A DNA stretch of 62,922 bases, counting the filler, from Octopus bimaculoides (taxonomy: Eukaryota): the NCBI RefSeq assembly GCF_001194135.2. It is 5 parts of 5 records of this genome, joined end to end, with 100 filler letters (N's around TTAATTAATTAA, not from the genome) between each part and the next. Parts side by side here need not be neighbours in the genome. Positions count along the whole stretch, not along the records: positions 1 to 27,919 come from NC_068987.1; positions 28,020 to 33,380 come from NC_069003.1; positions 33,481 to 58,198 come from NC_069009.1; 2 more parts are not named here. One strand, written 5' to 3'. Positions 26,285 through 38,316 of the stretch are shown here, one piece after another (the first letter of the stretch is position 1; each line of letters starts with the position of its first letter). The notes beneath the pieces are model-generated. The model did no database searches, was not told the origin of the DNA, and saw only the letters and a program-made list of their open reading frames with translations. The translations under genes and the position numbers were made by a program.

Positions 26285-26673
26285 TGTGGAGACCCAATGG
26301 CCCAGTGGTTAGGGCAGCAGACTCGCGGTCATAGGATCGCGGTTTCGATTCCCATACCGGGCGTTGTGAGTGTTTATTGAGCGAAAACACCTAAAGCTCC
26401 ACGAGGCTCCGGCAGGGGATGGTGGCGAACCCTGCTGTACTCTTCCACCACAACTTTCTCTCACTGTTATTTCCTGTTTCTGTTGTACCTGTAATTCAAA
26501 GGGTCAGCCTTGTCACACTCTGTGTCACGCTGAACATCCCCCGAGAACTACGTTAAGGGTACACGTGTCTGTGGAGTGCTCAGCCACTTGCACGTTAATT
26601 TCACGAGCAGGCTGTTCCGTTGATCGGATCAACTGGAACCCTCGTCATCGTAACCGACGGAGGGCCAACAACA
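26285..26673 (+). mobile_element. SINE family A, full length
   Basis: Same head, body and CAA tail as the 9955 copy. Confidence 0.9.
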
Positions 26674-27091
26674 ATTGTTGTTGCTATTACTGTTCTTATT
26701 GTTGTTATTGATGCTCTTTTTCGCTCTTATTGTTATTATTGTTGTTGTTGTTGTTGTTGTTGTTCTTATCGTAGTTACTGTTACTACTGCTATTACTGTT
26801 GCTACTATTGTACCTATTGATGCCATTCTCGTAATTGTTGTTGTTGTTGTTGTTGTTTCGACCCATGTAAAGTCTTATCAAACAGACCCTATTTCTTTTT
26901 GCCTTTCATTTTTTTACTTCTTTCAGTCATTGGACAGCAGCCATGCTGAGACATAACCTTCAAGAATTTTAGTCGAACGAATCTCCCCACCAGTACTTAT
27001 TTTATCGGTCTCGTTTGCCAAACCTCTGAGTTTTGGGGATGTAAACATACCAACACCAGTTGTCAAGCGACGGTGTAAGACAAACACACAC

Positions 27092-27133
<42 letters not shown>

Positions 27134-27919
27134 TTAGTAAATCGAGTAAAACGCATATGTTTACTGCATACTTTTATTTCCAACATATGTTTGGAAGATT
27201 ACAAATTATACATATCCACTCATAAGTCTTTGGTCGGCCCGAGGCTACAGCAAAAAAGACCTACCCAAGATGCCGCGCAAAGGCCTGAACCCAGAACCAT
27301 ATGATTGGGAAACAAACTGCTTATCAAACTGCTACACCTTGTCATTGGTAATTTACTTCATTTTAACTTACATTGTAATTGCATACTCCAAGCCACATTA
27401 TCCCATGTGGGTAAATTTTTGACACACTTTTAAGAGAGCGGGTTAGATATGAGGTAGACTTGCTTGTTATTCCTAGCAGGTTGAGTGGCCATGCCATTAT
27501 ATCCTTTAAACTGAGGGCGTTATTACTATACATGTACATGGTAAAGCAAACAAGTAAAACAACATATAAAAAAGACCATATATAGTTGTTATCACTATAT
27601 ATGGTAAAGCAAGCCAATACAAACAACACACATAAAAACGTCGAAGGACAAAAGACGAAAAAAATAGAATCAACAAAAAAATGTAGTGGAGAATTTTTCT
27701 TTTTTTTTTTTCTTTATAAAATTTTGTCTCTTCTGAACATGTGCAAATGATATAACATTCTTGTATGATTTGTCACTGTAGTAAATCTGTGATACTTTGC
27801 AATATTTATATGGTATTTCTGAGCACTGCTTCACAAACTGACAAATTCCAGACCATTCCAAAAATAAAATATTTTGGTGAAAATCTTTGTCCCAATCCCC
27901 ACCCTATATATAAATATAT

Positions 27920-28019
27920 NNNNNNNNNNNNNNNNNNNNNNNNNNNNNNNNNNNNNNNNNNNNTTAATTAATTAANNNNNNNNNNNNNNNNNNNNNNNNN
28001 NNNNNNNNNNNNNNNNNNN
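27920..28019. other. Artificial scaffold join N44-TTAATTAATTAA-N44
   Basis: Exactly 100 bp; identical structure at 33381-33480, 58199-58298 and 60629-60728; the 12-mer is palindromic with stops in all six frames. Confidence 0.93.
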
Positions 28020-28849
28020 TATGTGTGTGTGTATGTGCATATGCGTGTGCATATTTGTATTTGTCTCCCACCACCGCTTGACAACCGGTATTAGTGTGTT
28101 TACATCCCCGTAACTTAGCGGTTCGGCAAAATAGCCCGATAGATTAAATATCAGGCTTAAAACAAATAAGTACTGGGTTCAATGCATTCGACTAAAAAAA
28201 TTCTTCAAGGTGGTACCCCAGCATGGTCGCAGTCTAATGACTGAAACAAGTAAAGATAAGCGAAAATGGTAGAGAACCATTGGTTTAATCCGATGCGTGT
28301 TCTGCGTTTGCTTTAGAAAAGTTTCTCAATCTTTAAGATTTAGGAAGTTATTTTTTGCTGCATCCTGCACATTAACACTGGATGGTTATGGCTGGAAAGC
28401 CTTCGATCATACGAGTCTCTGGCATCAGGGATGACCTGAGGGTAAACAACAATAACAAACAAATAGGCCTGGTTCTCCGTCGGTTACGACGACGAGTGTT
28501 CCCCTTGATTCTGAGTACTCTACAGATGTGCGTACCCTTAACATAGTTCCCAGGGAGATTCAGTGTGACACATCGAATGTGAAAAGGCTGATCATTTTGA
28601 AATACAGGCACCAGTCATTTTTGCCAGTTGAGTGGACTGAAGCAACGAGAAATAAAGAGTCTTGCTCAAGGACAAAACGCGCTGCCACGAATCGAACTCA
28701 CGTCTTTATGATCGTGAGCCGAGTACTCTAACCACTATACCATCACGAATAACAAACACGAGCAAGAAGAAGAACAACAACAATTACGACTATGATAGAC
28801 TCTCTCGTCGGTTTCGAGCAATAGGCATCCAGTAATTCAACTCAGCTAA

Positions 28850-28858
28850 ACTACTACA

Positions 28859-28901
<43 letters not shown>

Positions 28902-28941
28902 ATACTACTACTACTATTACCACCACCACCACCACCACCAT

Positions 28942-29000
<59 letters not shown>

Positions 29001-29345
29001 GATAACAATAACAGCTGCCAGAAGTATATAACAATGCAAACAACCGCATCAACAGCTGGAATAACAACCACCGCTGAAACAAGAAGCAAAACCGACGACG
29101 AAAAGAAGAAGGGCAACAACCACTGCCTTACAGCAATGATGACAGCCACAACAGCAGCAGCAGCAGCAGCAGCAACAGAAGAAGAAGGAGGAGGAGGAGG
29201 AGGAAAAGAAAAAGAAGATAATGATGATGATGAAGATGGTGATGAAGTAGTAGAAGAAGAGGAGGAGGAGAAAAAGGACAAAGAGGATGGGAAGAGGGAA
29301 AAAGAGGAGGAAGAAGACGATAATAACAGCGATAGAAAGAAGAAC
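28850..29345. repeat. Mosaic of trinucleotide microsatellites (CTA, CCA, CAG, GAA, GGA, GAT)
   Basis: Direct inspection; similar mosaics at 9475-9590, 20230-20368, 26670-26860, 32310-32560. Confidence 0.9.
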
Positions 29346-30542
29346 ACCAGAGTTTGGCCATCCAGAATCATTGACCTTTGGAATCACTTTCACAGCTGCC
29401 AATTAACCAAAGTTGCAGGACAGCAACGATACATACATACACACACACACACACACATATATATATGTATATATACATGCATATATATATATATATATAN
29501 NNNNNNNNNNNNNNNNNNNNNNNNNNNNNNNNNNNNNNNNNNNNNNNNNNNNNNNNNNNNNNNNNNNNNNNNNNNNNNNNNNNNNNNNNNNNNNNNNNNN
29601 NNNNNNNNNNNNNNNNNNNNNNNNNNNNNNNNNNNNNNNNNNNNNNNNNNNNNNNNNNNNNNNNNNNNNNNNNNNNNNNNNNNNNNNNNNNNNNNNNNNN
29701 NNNNNNNNNNNNNNNNNNNNNNNNNNNNNNNNNNNNNNNNNNNNNNNNNNNNNNNNNNNNNNNNNNNNNNNNNNNNNNNNNNNNNNNNNNNNNNNNNNNN
29801 NNNNNNNNNNNNNNNNNNNNNNNNNNNNNNNNNNNNNNNNNNNNNNNNNNNNNNNNNNNNNNNNNNNNNNNNNNNNNNNNNNNNNNNNNNNNNNNNNNNN
29901 NNNNNNNNNNNNNNNNNNNNNNNNNNNNNNNNNNNNNNNNNNNNNNNNNNNNNNNNNNNNNNNNNNNNNNNNNNNNNNNNNNNNNNNNNNNNNNNNNNNN
30001 NNNNNNNNNNNNNNNNNNNNNNNNNNNNNNNNNNNNNNNNNNNNNNNNNNNNNNNNNNNNNNNNNNNNNNNNNNNNNNNNNNNNNNNNNNNNNNNNNNNN
30101 NNNNNNNNNNNNNNNTATATATCAACACTGTTCGATTCCACTTATTAGTGGTTTGCCGAAGATTTACGCCATGATATCATTGAAATCATAAAATGTCGTA
30201 CCATTTTGTACATTTCAAAACTTAGTTGTTTTTTTTTAAAGTTACTCTATAAATTTGAATCTTTTTTCTGTTTTATATTCTTTGCGGCCATCTTGGTAAC
30301 CTAGCAACTGACTATATAACGCCTTTTTTTATGTCTTCAACGAATGGTTGTTAGTTATGTCACATTAGTTTATTTATATATTTAATGTCACAATTATATG
30401 AAGTGTAATATCAGGTGCAGACGTGATTGTGTGACAGAGAATTTCGCTTTTCAGCCAATGGTTTCGGGTCATTCCCGCTGCGTGGCACTTTGGGTATGTG
30501 TCTCCTACTATAGCTCCGGACCGATGAATACCTTGTGAGTAA

Positions 30543-31889
30543 ATTGACTGGAAAATCCGTAAGCTACTGATTTGCAATAAGATGCACCACCCAAAGGCAG
30601 ACGCAGACCGTCTTTACTTACCTAGAGCTCAAGGCGGTCGAGGTTTGATCCAATTTGAAATCTCTTACAAAACCACTACAATTGGACTTGAAACATCTAA
30701 CGACTGGATGCTAAAGCTCGTTGAAAACCACGGAAGACATAAGAAGTTTCATTCTGTTACGAAGGAGAGCAAACATTTTTCTTGCGAGTTTATACATAAT
30801 ACCCAGGTTGAACAGCATGATGGAAGTGCGGCAACTGTAGTTGCAAAGAAGGTGAAATCAATAGCAAAGCAAAATGCGTTTGAACAATTGGCTGATAGAT
30901 AGGAACATAAAACCTCTGCATGGCAAATATGTGGCTCGTAGCAAACAAGCTGATGTAGACCAGATGCATACCCATCTGTGGCTACGGAGCTCAGGGCTAA
31001 AGACAGAGTGAAGGCTTTATTTTAGCTGCTCAAGACCAGGTCTTATTGACCCGGAACTATGAAGCCAATGGGATGAAAAATGGTGTAGACCCGGAGTGCT
31101 GATACTGTAACGACGGAATTGAAACAGTGGACTACCTAATCTTTGGGTGTAAGGTTTTAGCACCTGTAGAGTACAAATCAAGACATGAAAGAGCTGGCCA
31201 ATATCTACACTGGGTAATGTATATAAAATCAAAACTGCTGACAAATAGTACAAGCACCACCCTGAGTCTGTAACTGAGGGGAAAATGTAACGATTCTTTG
31301 GGACTTTCCGGTATGTACAGACCGAACCATCAAAGCAAATAAGCCAGATATTATTGTGAAAGATCAAAACAATAAAGTCTGTTTATTGATTGACATGAGC
31401 ATACCCTGTGATCATAATATCTCGGCAAAAGAATTTGATAAGCTCAGAAAATATAAAGATTTGCTGATTGAAATCGAAAAGATGTGGCATTTCAAGAGAG
31501 TTACAATACCAGTGATTGTTGGAGCACTTGGAATGATCAAAAAAGGAACTGAAAATTATTTAAGAATGATCCCTGGCTTATCATCCATGCAGGAAGTGCA
31601 AAAGATTATCTTAATTCTTACGTCACACGTTCTGAGCAAAACATTGTTGCTGTGAATTTTCTTTCCCTTTTCCCCTCTATTTTCTTTGTCTACTTATAAT
31701 TTTTTTATTTTTTCCTTTATCTTTCTGTCTTTCTTCTCCCTCTTCTCTATCACATGACTTTGTAAATGAACAATCTGGTGTATTTATTTTAATGGCCTAC
31801 CAATGCATGCAGTGTGTCAAGAGGACACTCGGCAAGAAATGGAAACATAATTGAAAGATGATGATAATAATAATAATAATAATAATAAT
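30543..31889 (+). mobile_element. 5'-truncated RLE-type non-LTR retrotransposon with (AAT)n tail
   Basis: MHHPKADADRLYLPRAQGGRGL, WLRSSGLKTE, AAQDQ, CCHC-like region, KPDIIVKD....CLLIDMSIPCDHNISAKEFDKLRKYKDL..IPVIVGALG, stop at 31655, 3' UTR, then AAT repeats. Confidence 0.88.
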
Positions 31890-32105
31890 NNNNNNNNNNN
31901 NNNNNNNNNNNNNNNNNNNNNNNNNNNNNNNNNNNNNNNNNNNNNNNNNNNNNNNNNNNNNNNNNNNNNNNNNNNNNNNNNNNNNNNNNNNNNNNNNNNN
32001 NNNNNNNNNNNNNNNNNNNNNNNNNNNNNNNNNNNNNNNNNNNNNNNNNNNNNNNNNNNNNNNNNNNNNNNNNNNNNNNNNNNNNNNNNNNNAAAAATAA
32101 AACTA

Positions 32106-32144
<39 letters not shown>

Positions 32145-32323
32145 TTTTGCCACAAGGGCAGCTGTTTTGGCGGAGGGGACAGGTCGATTACATTGACCTC
32201 AGTGTGTCACTGGTACTTAATTTATTGATCCCGAAAGTATGAAAGGCAAAGTCGACCTCGGCGGAATTTGAACTCAGAACGCAGCGGCAGACGAAATACC
32301 GCTAAGCATTATTATCATTGTTA

Positions 32324-32406
<83 letters not shown>

Positions 32407-33334
32407 TATAATAATCATTATCATTGTCGTCATCATCATCATCATCGTCATCATCATCATCATCATCACTACCACTACCAGTAGCACCACCACTACCACC
32501 AACATCATCAACATCATACATTTCTTCTTCTCCCTCCTCTTCTTCCTCCTCCTCCTCATTCTCCTATTCCTCCACCTTCTTGCTCTCTACCCAACCCCTT
32601 CGCCTCTTTAACCTTTAATTATATTTTCGCAATATTATTATCGATCATGATATTTCCTCTTTATTACTAATATTTGACACGCTTCTACACACACACAAAC
32701 ATACACACTCACACACCTACATACACGCATACGTTCACGCACATTAACATATATTCACATACACGCACACGCACACACGCGCATATCCACAGACACATAT
32801 AGTCCATATAGGCAAGCATACAAACGCATATGCATATATAAATATACACACATACAAGCACACACGCACTGATACGCGTATCCTCATATACCTTCACATA
32901 CAGACACAGACGCATACATACGTACACATACACATGCACATATACACATATGACCCATAGGCACAAACACATACACACATCCGCATGTACAGTTATACAT
33001 TCGCATGTATCTTCTTCGATTTGTTTCAGCCATTTGAGTGCGGCCATGCTGGGGCACTGCCTTGAAGGGTTTTTAGTCGAACAAATCGAACGCTGAGCAT
33101 TAAAAAAAAAAAGATTAAGCCTAGTACTTATTTTATCGATCTGTTTTGCCGAAACTCTAAGTTATAGGGACGTAAACACACCAACACCAGTTTACAAGCA
33201 GTAGTGGCGGACAAACAAGGCGAAAAGACACATATACAGATATATACATGCATCCATACATCCATACATAAACTGGAACTATTTGGTTGGGAAGCAAGCT
33301 TCTTACCACATTGCTACGCCTGTGTCCCCTCTAC

Positions 33335-33380
<46 letters not shown>

Positions 33381-33480
33381 NNNNNNNNNNNNNNNNNNNN
33401 NNNNNNNNNNNNNNNNNNNNNNNNTTAATTAATTAANNNNNNNNNNNNNNNNNNNNNNNNNNNNNNNNNNNNNNNNNNNN
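33381..33480. other. Artificial scaffold join N44-TTAATTAATTAA-N44
   Basis: As for 27920-28019. Confidence 0.93.
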
Positions 33481-33494
33481 ACATATACATATAT

Positions 33495-33832
33495 GTGAAG
33501 GTGCATGGCTCAGTGGTTAGAGCGTTGAGCTTACCATCATAAGGTTGTGAGTTTGAATCCCGGAATGGGTTGTGTGTTGTGTTCTTGGGCAAGACACTTT
33601 ATTTCACGTTGCTCCAGTTCACTCAGCTGTAGAAATGAGTTGTGACGTCACAGGGGCCAAGCTGTATCGGCCCCTTTGCCTTTCCCTTGGATAACATCAG
33701 TGGTGCGGAGAGGGAAGGCCGGTATGCATGGGCGACTGCTGGTCTTCTATAAACAACCTTGCCCGGACATGTACCTGGGAGGGTAACTTTCTAGGTGCAA
33801 TCCCATGGTCAGTAATGACCGAAGGGGGCTCT
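33495..33832 (+). mobile_element. tRNA-headed SINE family E (CORE-like centre, distinct tail)
   Basis: TGGCTCAGTGGTTAG A-box, GTTTGAATCCC B-box, GGGCAAGACACTTTATTTCACGTTGCTCCAG centre shared with A', unrelated 3' part. Confidence 0.7.
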
Positions 33833-34307
33833 TAGCATTATTATTAAAAAGGTGGTGAGCTGGCAGAATTGTTAACACACTGGACAAAACGTTTAGCAAT
33901 GTCCTTACATTCTGAGTTCAAATTCCACCGAGGTCGACTTTGCCTTTCATCCTTTTGGGATCAATAAATTAAATACCAGTGGAATACTGGTGAGTTCGAT
34001 GTAATTGACTATCCCGCCTCCGCCAAATTTCAGGCCTTGTGCTTATAGTAGAAGGGACTATTATTATTATTATTATTATTATTAAGGCGGTGAGCTGGCA
34101 GACTTGTTAGCATGCTGGGCACAATGCTTTGCAGTATTTTGCCCGTCGCTACATTCTGAGTTCAAATTCTACCGAGGTCAACTTTGCCTTGCATCCTTTC
34201 AGAGTCAAAAAAATAAGTACCAGTTGAACACTGGGGTCAATGTAATCATCTCATCCCACCCCCAACAATTGCTACTCTTGCAGCAGAATTTGAAACCATG
34301 ATTATTA

Positions 34308-34344
<37 letters not shown>

Positions 34345-34345
<1 letters not shown>

Positions 34346-34501
34346 GATTTTAAATTCTCAATCGCAGGATAATGCTAATAATATAGCCTGGACAGGATAA
34401 GCTACCCCTATTTTGTACACTTTTGTCTGCAAAATAGGGGTAGCTTATCCTGTTCTGGCTATATTATTAGCATTATCCTGTCATTGAGAATTTAAAAATC
34501 A
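34345..34501. mobile_element. Foldback element, about 71-bp arms, 14-nt loop
   Basis: Near-perfect inverted arms; the arm sequence resembles that of the 22380 element. Confidence 0.8.
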
Positions 34502-34680
34502 CTTCTTTAACTTTCTAAAAGACATCTCAACACTTCTAAAAGCAAACTTCGTTTGTTTGTTTACGTTCATCGTAATTTGAATTTAACATTATTATTATTA
34601 TTATCATTATTATTATTATTATTATTATCATTGCCACTATTTTTATGATCCTCACCCTCATCATTATTATATTCTGACAG

Positions 34681-34909
34681 TTGCATCAGCCAAGGGGAAC
34701 AGAACATGACATCATGGTTGTTGGAAGTGGTGGTGGCGGTGGTGGTGGTGGTCACGTGGAAGAGATGATGGCACAGCTGCAGGAAGAGAACCGTGAGCTG
34801 CGGACTGTCGTGACCACCATGCGGGAACAGATGTCCGAACTAGAAAGGAACCCCATTGTAAAGCCCACCACAGACTGTGCTAATTCCACTCCTGCCCCCT
34901 CTGGAATTG

Positions 34910-34948
<39 letters not shown>

Positions 34949-34984
34949 GCAGCAGCAGCAATACCAGTCATCCCGTTTCCAATG
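34681..34984 (+). CDS. CCDC57: CCDC57-like coiled-coil protein, internal exon (first one visible)
   Basis: CTGACAG acceptor, phase 0; LQEENRELRTVVTTMREQMSEL resembles, from memory, human CCDC57 LREQNTSLRNAIAQMRKEMEAL; donor G|GTAACA, phase 1. Confidence 0.68.
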
Positions 34985-35329
34985 GTAACAAAAGATCCTT
35001 TATTTACCTCATAAACTGAGATGTGGCTCTGCGGTTAAGAACTTTGCTTCCTAACCACTTAGTTTTAAGTTCATTCCCACTGTGCAGCACCTTCGGCAAG
35101 CGTCTTCTACTATAGCCTCAGGCCAACCAAAGCCTTGTGAGTGGATTTGGTACACAGTGGAAACTGAAAGAAGCCCATCGTGTATATATATATATATATA
35201 TATGTAGGTACAGGCATATGTAGACACCAATAACATCCTGAGCAGGGTTCAATATCAACCAGGGCCTGCACAGGGGTCTTACAAAAATTTTTTACTTTTT
35301 TTTTTTTATCTCTAGGGATAAAAAATGAA

Positions 35330-35577
35330 AATGTTAAATAAAATGCATCATTTTGAGCGTGGCCGTTGCCAGTACCGCCTGAATGGCCTTCGTGCGGGTG
35401 ACACGTAAAAGCACCCACTACACTCTCTGAGTGGTTGGCGTTAGGAAGGGCATCCAGCTGTAGAAACTCTGCCAAATCAGATTGGAGCCTGGTGTAGCCA
35501 TCTGGTTTCACCAGTCCTCAGTCAAATCGTCCAACCCATGCTAGCATGGAAAGCAGACATTAAACGATGATGATGAT
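35330..35577 (+). mobile_element. SINE/LINE-tail family F with (GAT)n tail
   Basis: GGCGTTAGGAAGGGCATCCAGCTGTAGAAAC...CCATGCTAGCATGGAAAGCAGACATTAAACGATGATG; reverse copies at 50875-51300 and 52650-52740. Confidence 0.75.
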
Positions 35578-35940
35578 ATATATATATATACCAAATCCAC
35601 TCACAAGGCTTTGGTTGGCCTGTGGCTGTGGATTTGTAGACAGAAATAGAAGGAAGGATGGTAATCTTATAAACTGACAAGGCGAGTTGAGTTTAACCCT
35701 AGGCGCCGGGTGAGAGCCACTGATGAGCTCTTTGCTCTTTTACTTGTTTCAGTCATTCGACTGCAGCCATGCTGGAGCACCGCTTTTTAGTCGAGCAGAT
35801 CGACCCCAGGACTTATTCTTTGTAAGCCTAGTACTCATTCTATCGGTCTCTCTTTTGCCGAACCGCTAAGTTACGGGGACGTAAACACACCAGCATCGGT
35901 TGTCAAGCGATGGTGGGGAGACAAACCCAGACACACAAAC

Positions 35941-35972
<32 letters not shown>

Positions 35973-36065
35973 GTACATACATATATACGATGGGCTTCTT
36001 TCAGTTTCCGTCTACCAAATCCACTCACAAGGCTTTGGTTGGCTCGAGGCTATAGTAGAAGACAC

Positions 36066-36300
36066 TTAGGATTTGAGTTATGGTTTAGGGTTGGTGTTTA
36101 CAATTAGAGTTAGGGTTTAAGGCTGGAATTAAGGTCTAGGGTTAAAGTTAGTGTTTAGGGTTGAAATTAAGGTTTAGGATTTGAGTTATGGTTTAGGGTT
36201 GAGGTTTAGGGTTAGAATTTAGGGTTTGAGTTAAGGTTTAGTGTTAGAGTTAGGGTTTAGGGTTATAATTAGGGTTTAAGGTTAAGAGTTGGGTTTTAGG
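36066..36300 (+). repeat. Degenerate TTAGGG/TTTAGGG-like array
   Basis: Repeated TTAGGG, TTTAGGG, TTAAGG and TTAGAG variants over about 230 bp. Confidence 0.8.
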
Positions 36301-36593
36301 CATCAATGTCCCTGTGGCCTTAGATTGGCTAAAATTACCCAAATTTTGCAAACTTTAAAAGTTATTTAATTTTTATTTTTCAATTTATGGCAAAAATGAA
36401 TTTCATTTCCATAATTAACTCACAAAACTACATCAATGCACCAATATTGAAATCAAGTGGAACAAATTGAAGGAATTGAAAGGTAAAAGCCAAATAGAAA
36501 AGGCCCAAAAGTAGAGCATCTGTATTCCAAAAACCCTTTATTTTTCTTTTAACTCTTCTCTTCTTCTCATTCCTTCTCTGTCTTTGATTTTAG

Positions 36594-36782
36594 AATATGT
36601 GAAGATTCTGGAAAAGAGTCTGAAGGAGATGAAGGCAGAGAACAGATTGTTGAAGCTGAGCCGCGGGGACAGTTTAGCCCCAGGTGACCAACAAACTGAG
36701 ATGAAGGATGAAGCTATGGGGACGGAGTTGTCAAACGATGCTGTGACCTGTGCTGATGTCATCTCGTTAAGTCTAACTGTTG
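36594..36782 (+). CDS. CCDC57: CCDC57-like exon
   Basis: Long pyrimidine tract + TTTAG, phase 1; (E)YVKILEKSLKEMKAENRLLK parallels recalled human DYVLALEAEIRTLK; donor G|GTACGT. Confidence 0.7.
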
Positions 36783-36819
36783 GTACGTATGTACTAAGAT
36801 CACTTCCTCCATTCAGCTC

Positions 36820-37226
36820 CCTTTTACTCTTTTACTTGTTTCAGTCATTTGACTGCAGCCATGCTGGAGCACCGCCTTTTAGTCGAGCAAATCGACCCCA
36901 GGACTTATTCTTTGTAAGCCTAGTACTTATTCTATTGGTCTCTTTTTGCCGAACTGCTAAGTTACGGGGATGTAAACACACCAGCATCGGTTGTCAAGCG
37001 ATGTTGGGGGAACAAACACAGACACACAAACACACACATATATATCTACACATATACAAATATACAACGGGCTTCTTTCAGTTTCCGTCTACCAAATCCA
37101 CTCACAAGGCTTTGGTCGGCCCGAGGCTATAGTAGAAGACACTTGCCCAAGGTGCCACGCAGTGGGAATGAACCCGGAACCATGTGGTTGGTAAGCAAGC
37201 TACTTACCACACAGCCACTCCTGCGT
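36820..37226 (-). mobile_element. SINE family C, full length
   Basis: Complete tail-to-head consensus on the reverse strand. Confidence 0.88.
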
Positions 37227-38069
37227 TTATGTATAGTTAGTAATCAGGAGTCCTATAGATAGTTAGAAGAGAGAATAATTAGATAGATAGATAGACAGAC
37301 AGACAGATTGATCAATAGATAGATAAGACAGACTGATAGATAGATAGATAGATGGATGGATGGATGGATGGATGGATGGATGGATGGATGGATGGATGGA
37401 TGGATGGATGGNNNNNNNNNNNNNNNNNNNNNNNNNNNNNNNNNNNNNNNNNNNNNNNNNNNNNNNNNNNNNNNNNNNNNNNNNNNNNNNNNNNNNNNNN
37501 NNNNNNNNNNNNNNNNNNNNNNNNNNNNNNNNNNNNNNNNNNNNNNNNNNNNNNNNNNNNNNNNNNNNNNNNNNNNNNNNNNNNNNNNNNNNNNNNNNNN
37601 NNNNNNNNNNNNNNNNNNNNNNNNNNNNNNNNNNNNNNNNNNNNNNNNNNNNNNNNNNNNNNNNNNNNNNNNNNNNNNNNNNNNNNNNNNNNNNNNNNNN
37701 NNNNNNNNNNNNNNNNNNNNNNNNNNNNNNNNNNNNNNNNNNNNNNNNNNNNNNNNNNNNNNNNNNNNNNNNNNNNNNNNNNNNNNNNNNNNNNNNNNNN
37801 NNNNNNNNNNNNNNNNNNNNNNNNNNNNNNNNNNNNNNNNNNNNNNNNNNNNNNNNNNNNNNNNNNNNNNNNNNNNNNNNNNNNNNNNNNNNNNNNNNNN
37901 NNNNNNNNNNNNNNNNNNNNNNNNNNNNNNNNNNNNNNNNNNNNNNNNNNNNNNNNNNNNNNNNNNNNNNNNNTTCTCTTTGATGCAGTTCAAATATTCC
38001 CACCAGAAGCTTTCAATTCTATCCGAAGTTTGTGTACAAAAGATCTTGTTGATATTTAGACAGTTGAAG

Positions 38070-38231
38070 CACTAGTGTAGCTAGAGTGTGTGCCACCCAA
38101 GGTGGCCCTTCTGTTTGCTGGTCCCAGACCCCACAAGAAACACATATTGTCTACAGCAGGCCCCAAAGTACTGCCCCTTTAAAAGTGTGGACCGCCCCTA
38201 CCAATCTTCCCTCATCGCAGCTACACTAGTG
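38070..38231. mobile_element. 162-bp MITE, 13-bp perfect TIR, 8-bp TSD (hAT-like)
   Basis: TIR CACTAGTGTAGCT / AGCTACACTAGTG; identical flanks AGTTGAAG at 38062-38069 and 38232-38239. Confidence 0.85.
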
Positions 38232-38316
38232 AGTTGAAGGCGGCGAGCTGGCAGAAACGTTAGCACGCCGGGCGAAATGCTTAGCGGTAATTCTTCTGCC
38301 ATTACATTCTGCCGTT

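Noticed and set aside
27964-27975. TTAATTAATTAA as a biological motif (piggyBac/Kolobok target or homeodomain site)
   Set aside because: It is always centred between exactly 44 Ns on each side, so it is a linker.
37989-38059. Extra CCDC57-like exon after GATGCAG
   Set aside because: There is no convincing donor before the stop, and the exon chain is already phase-complete without it.
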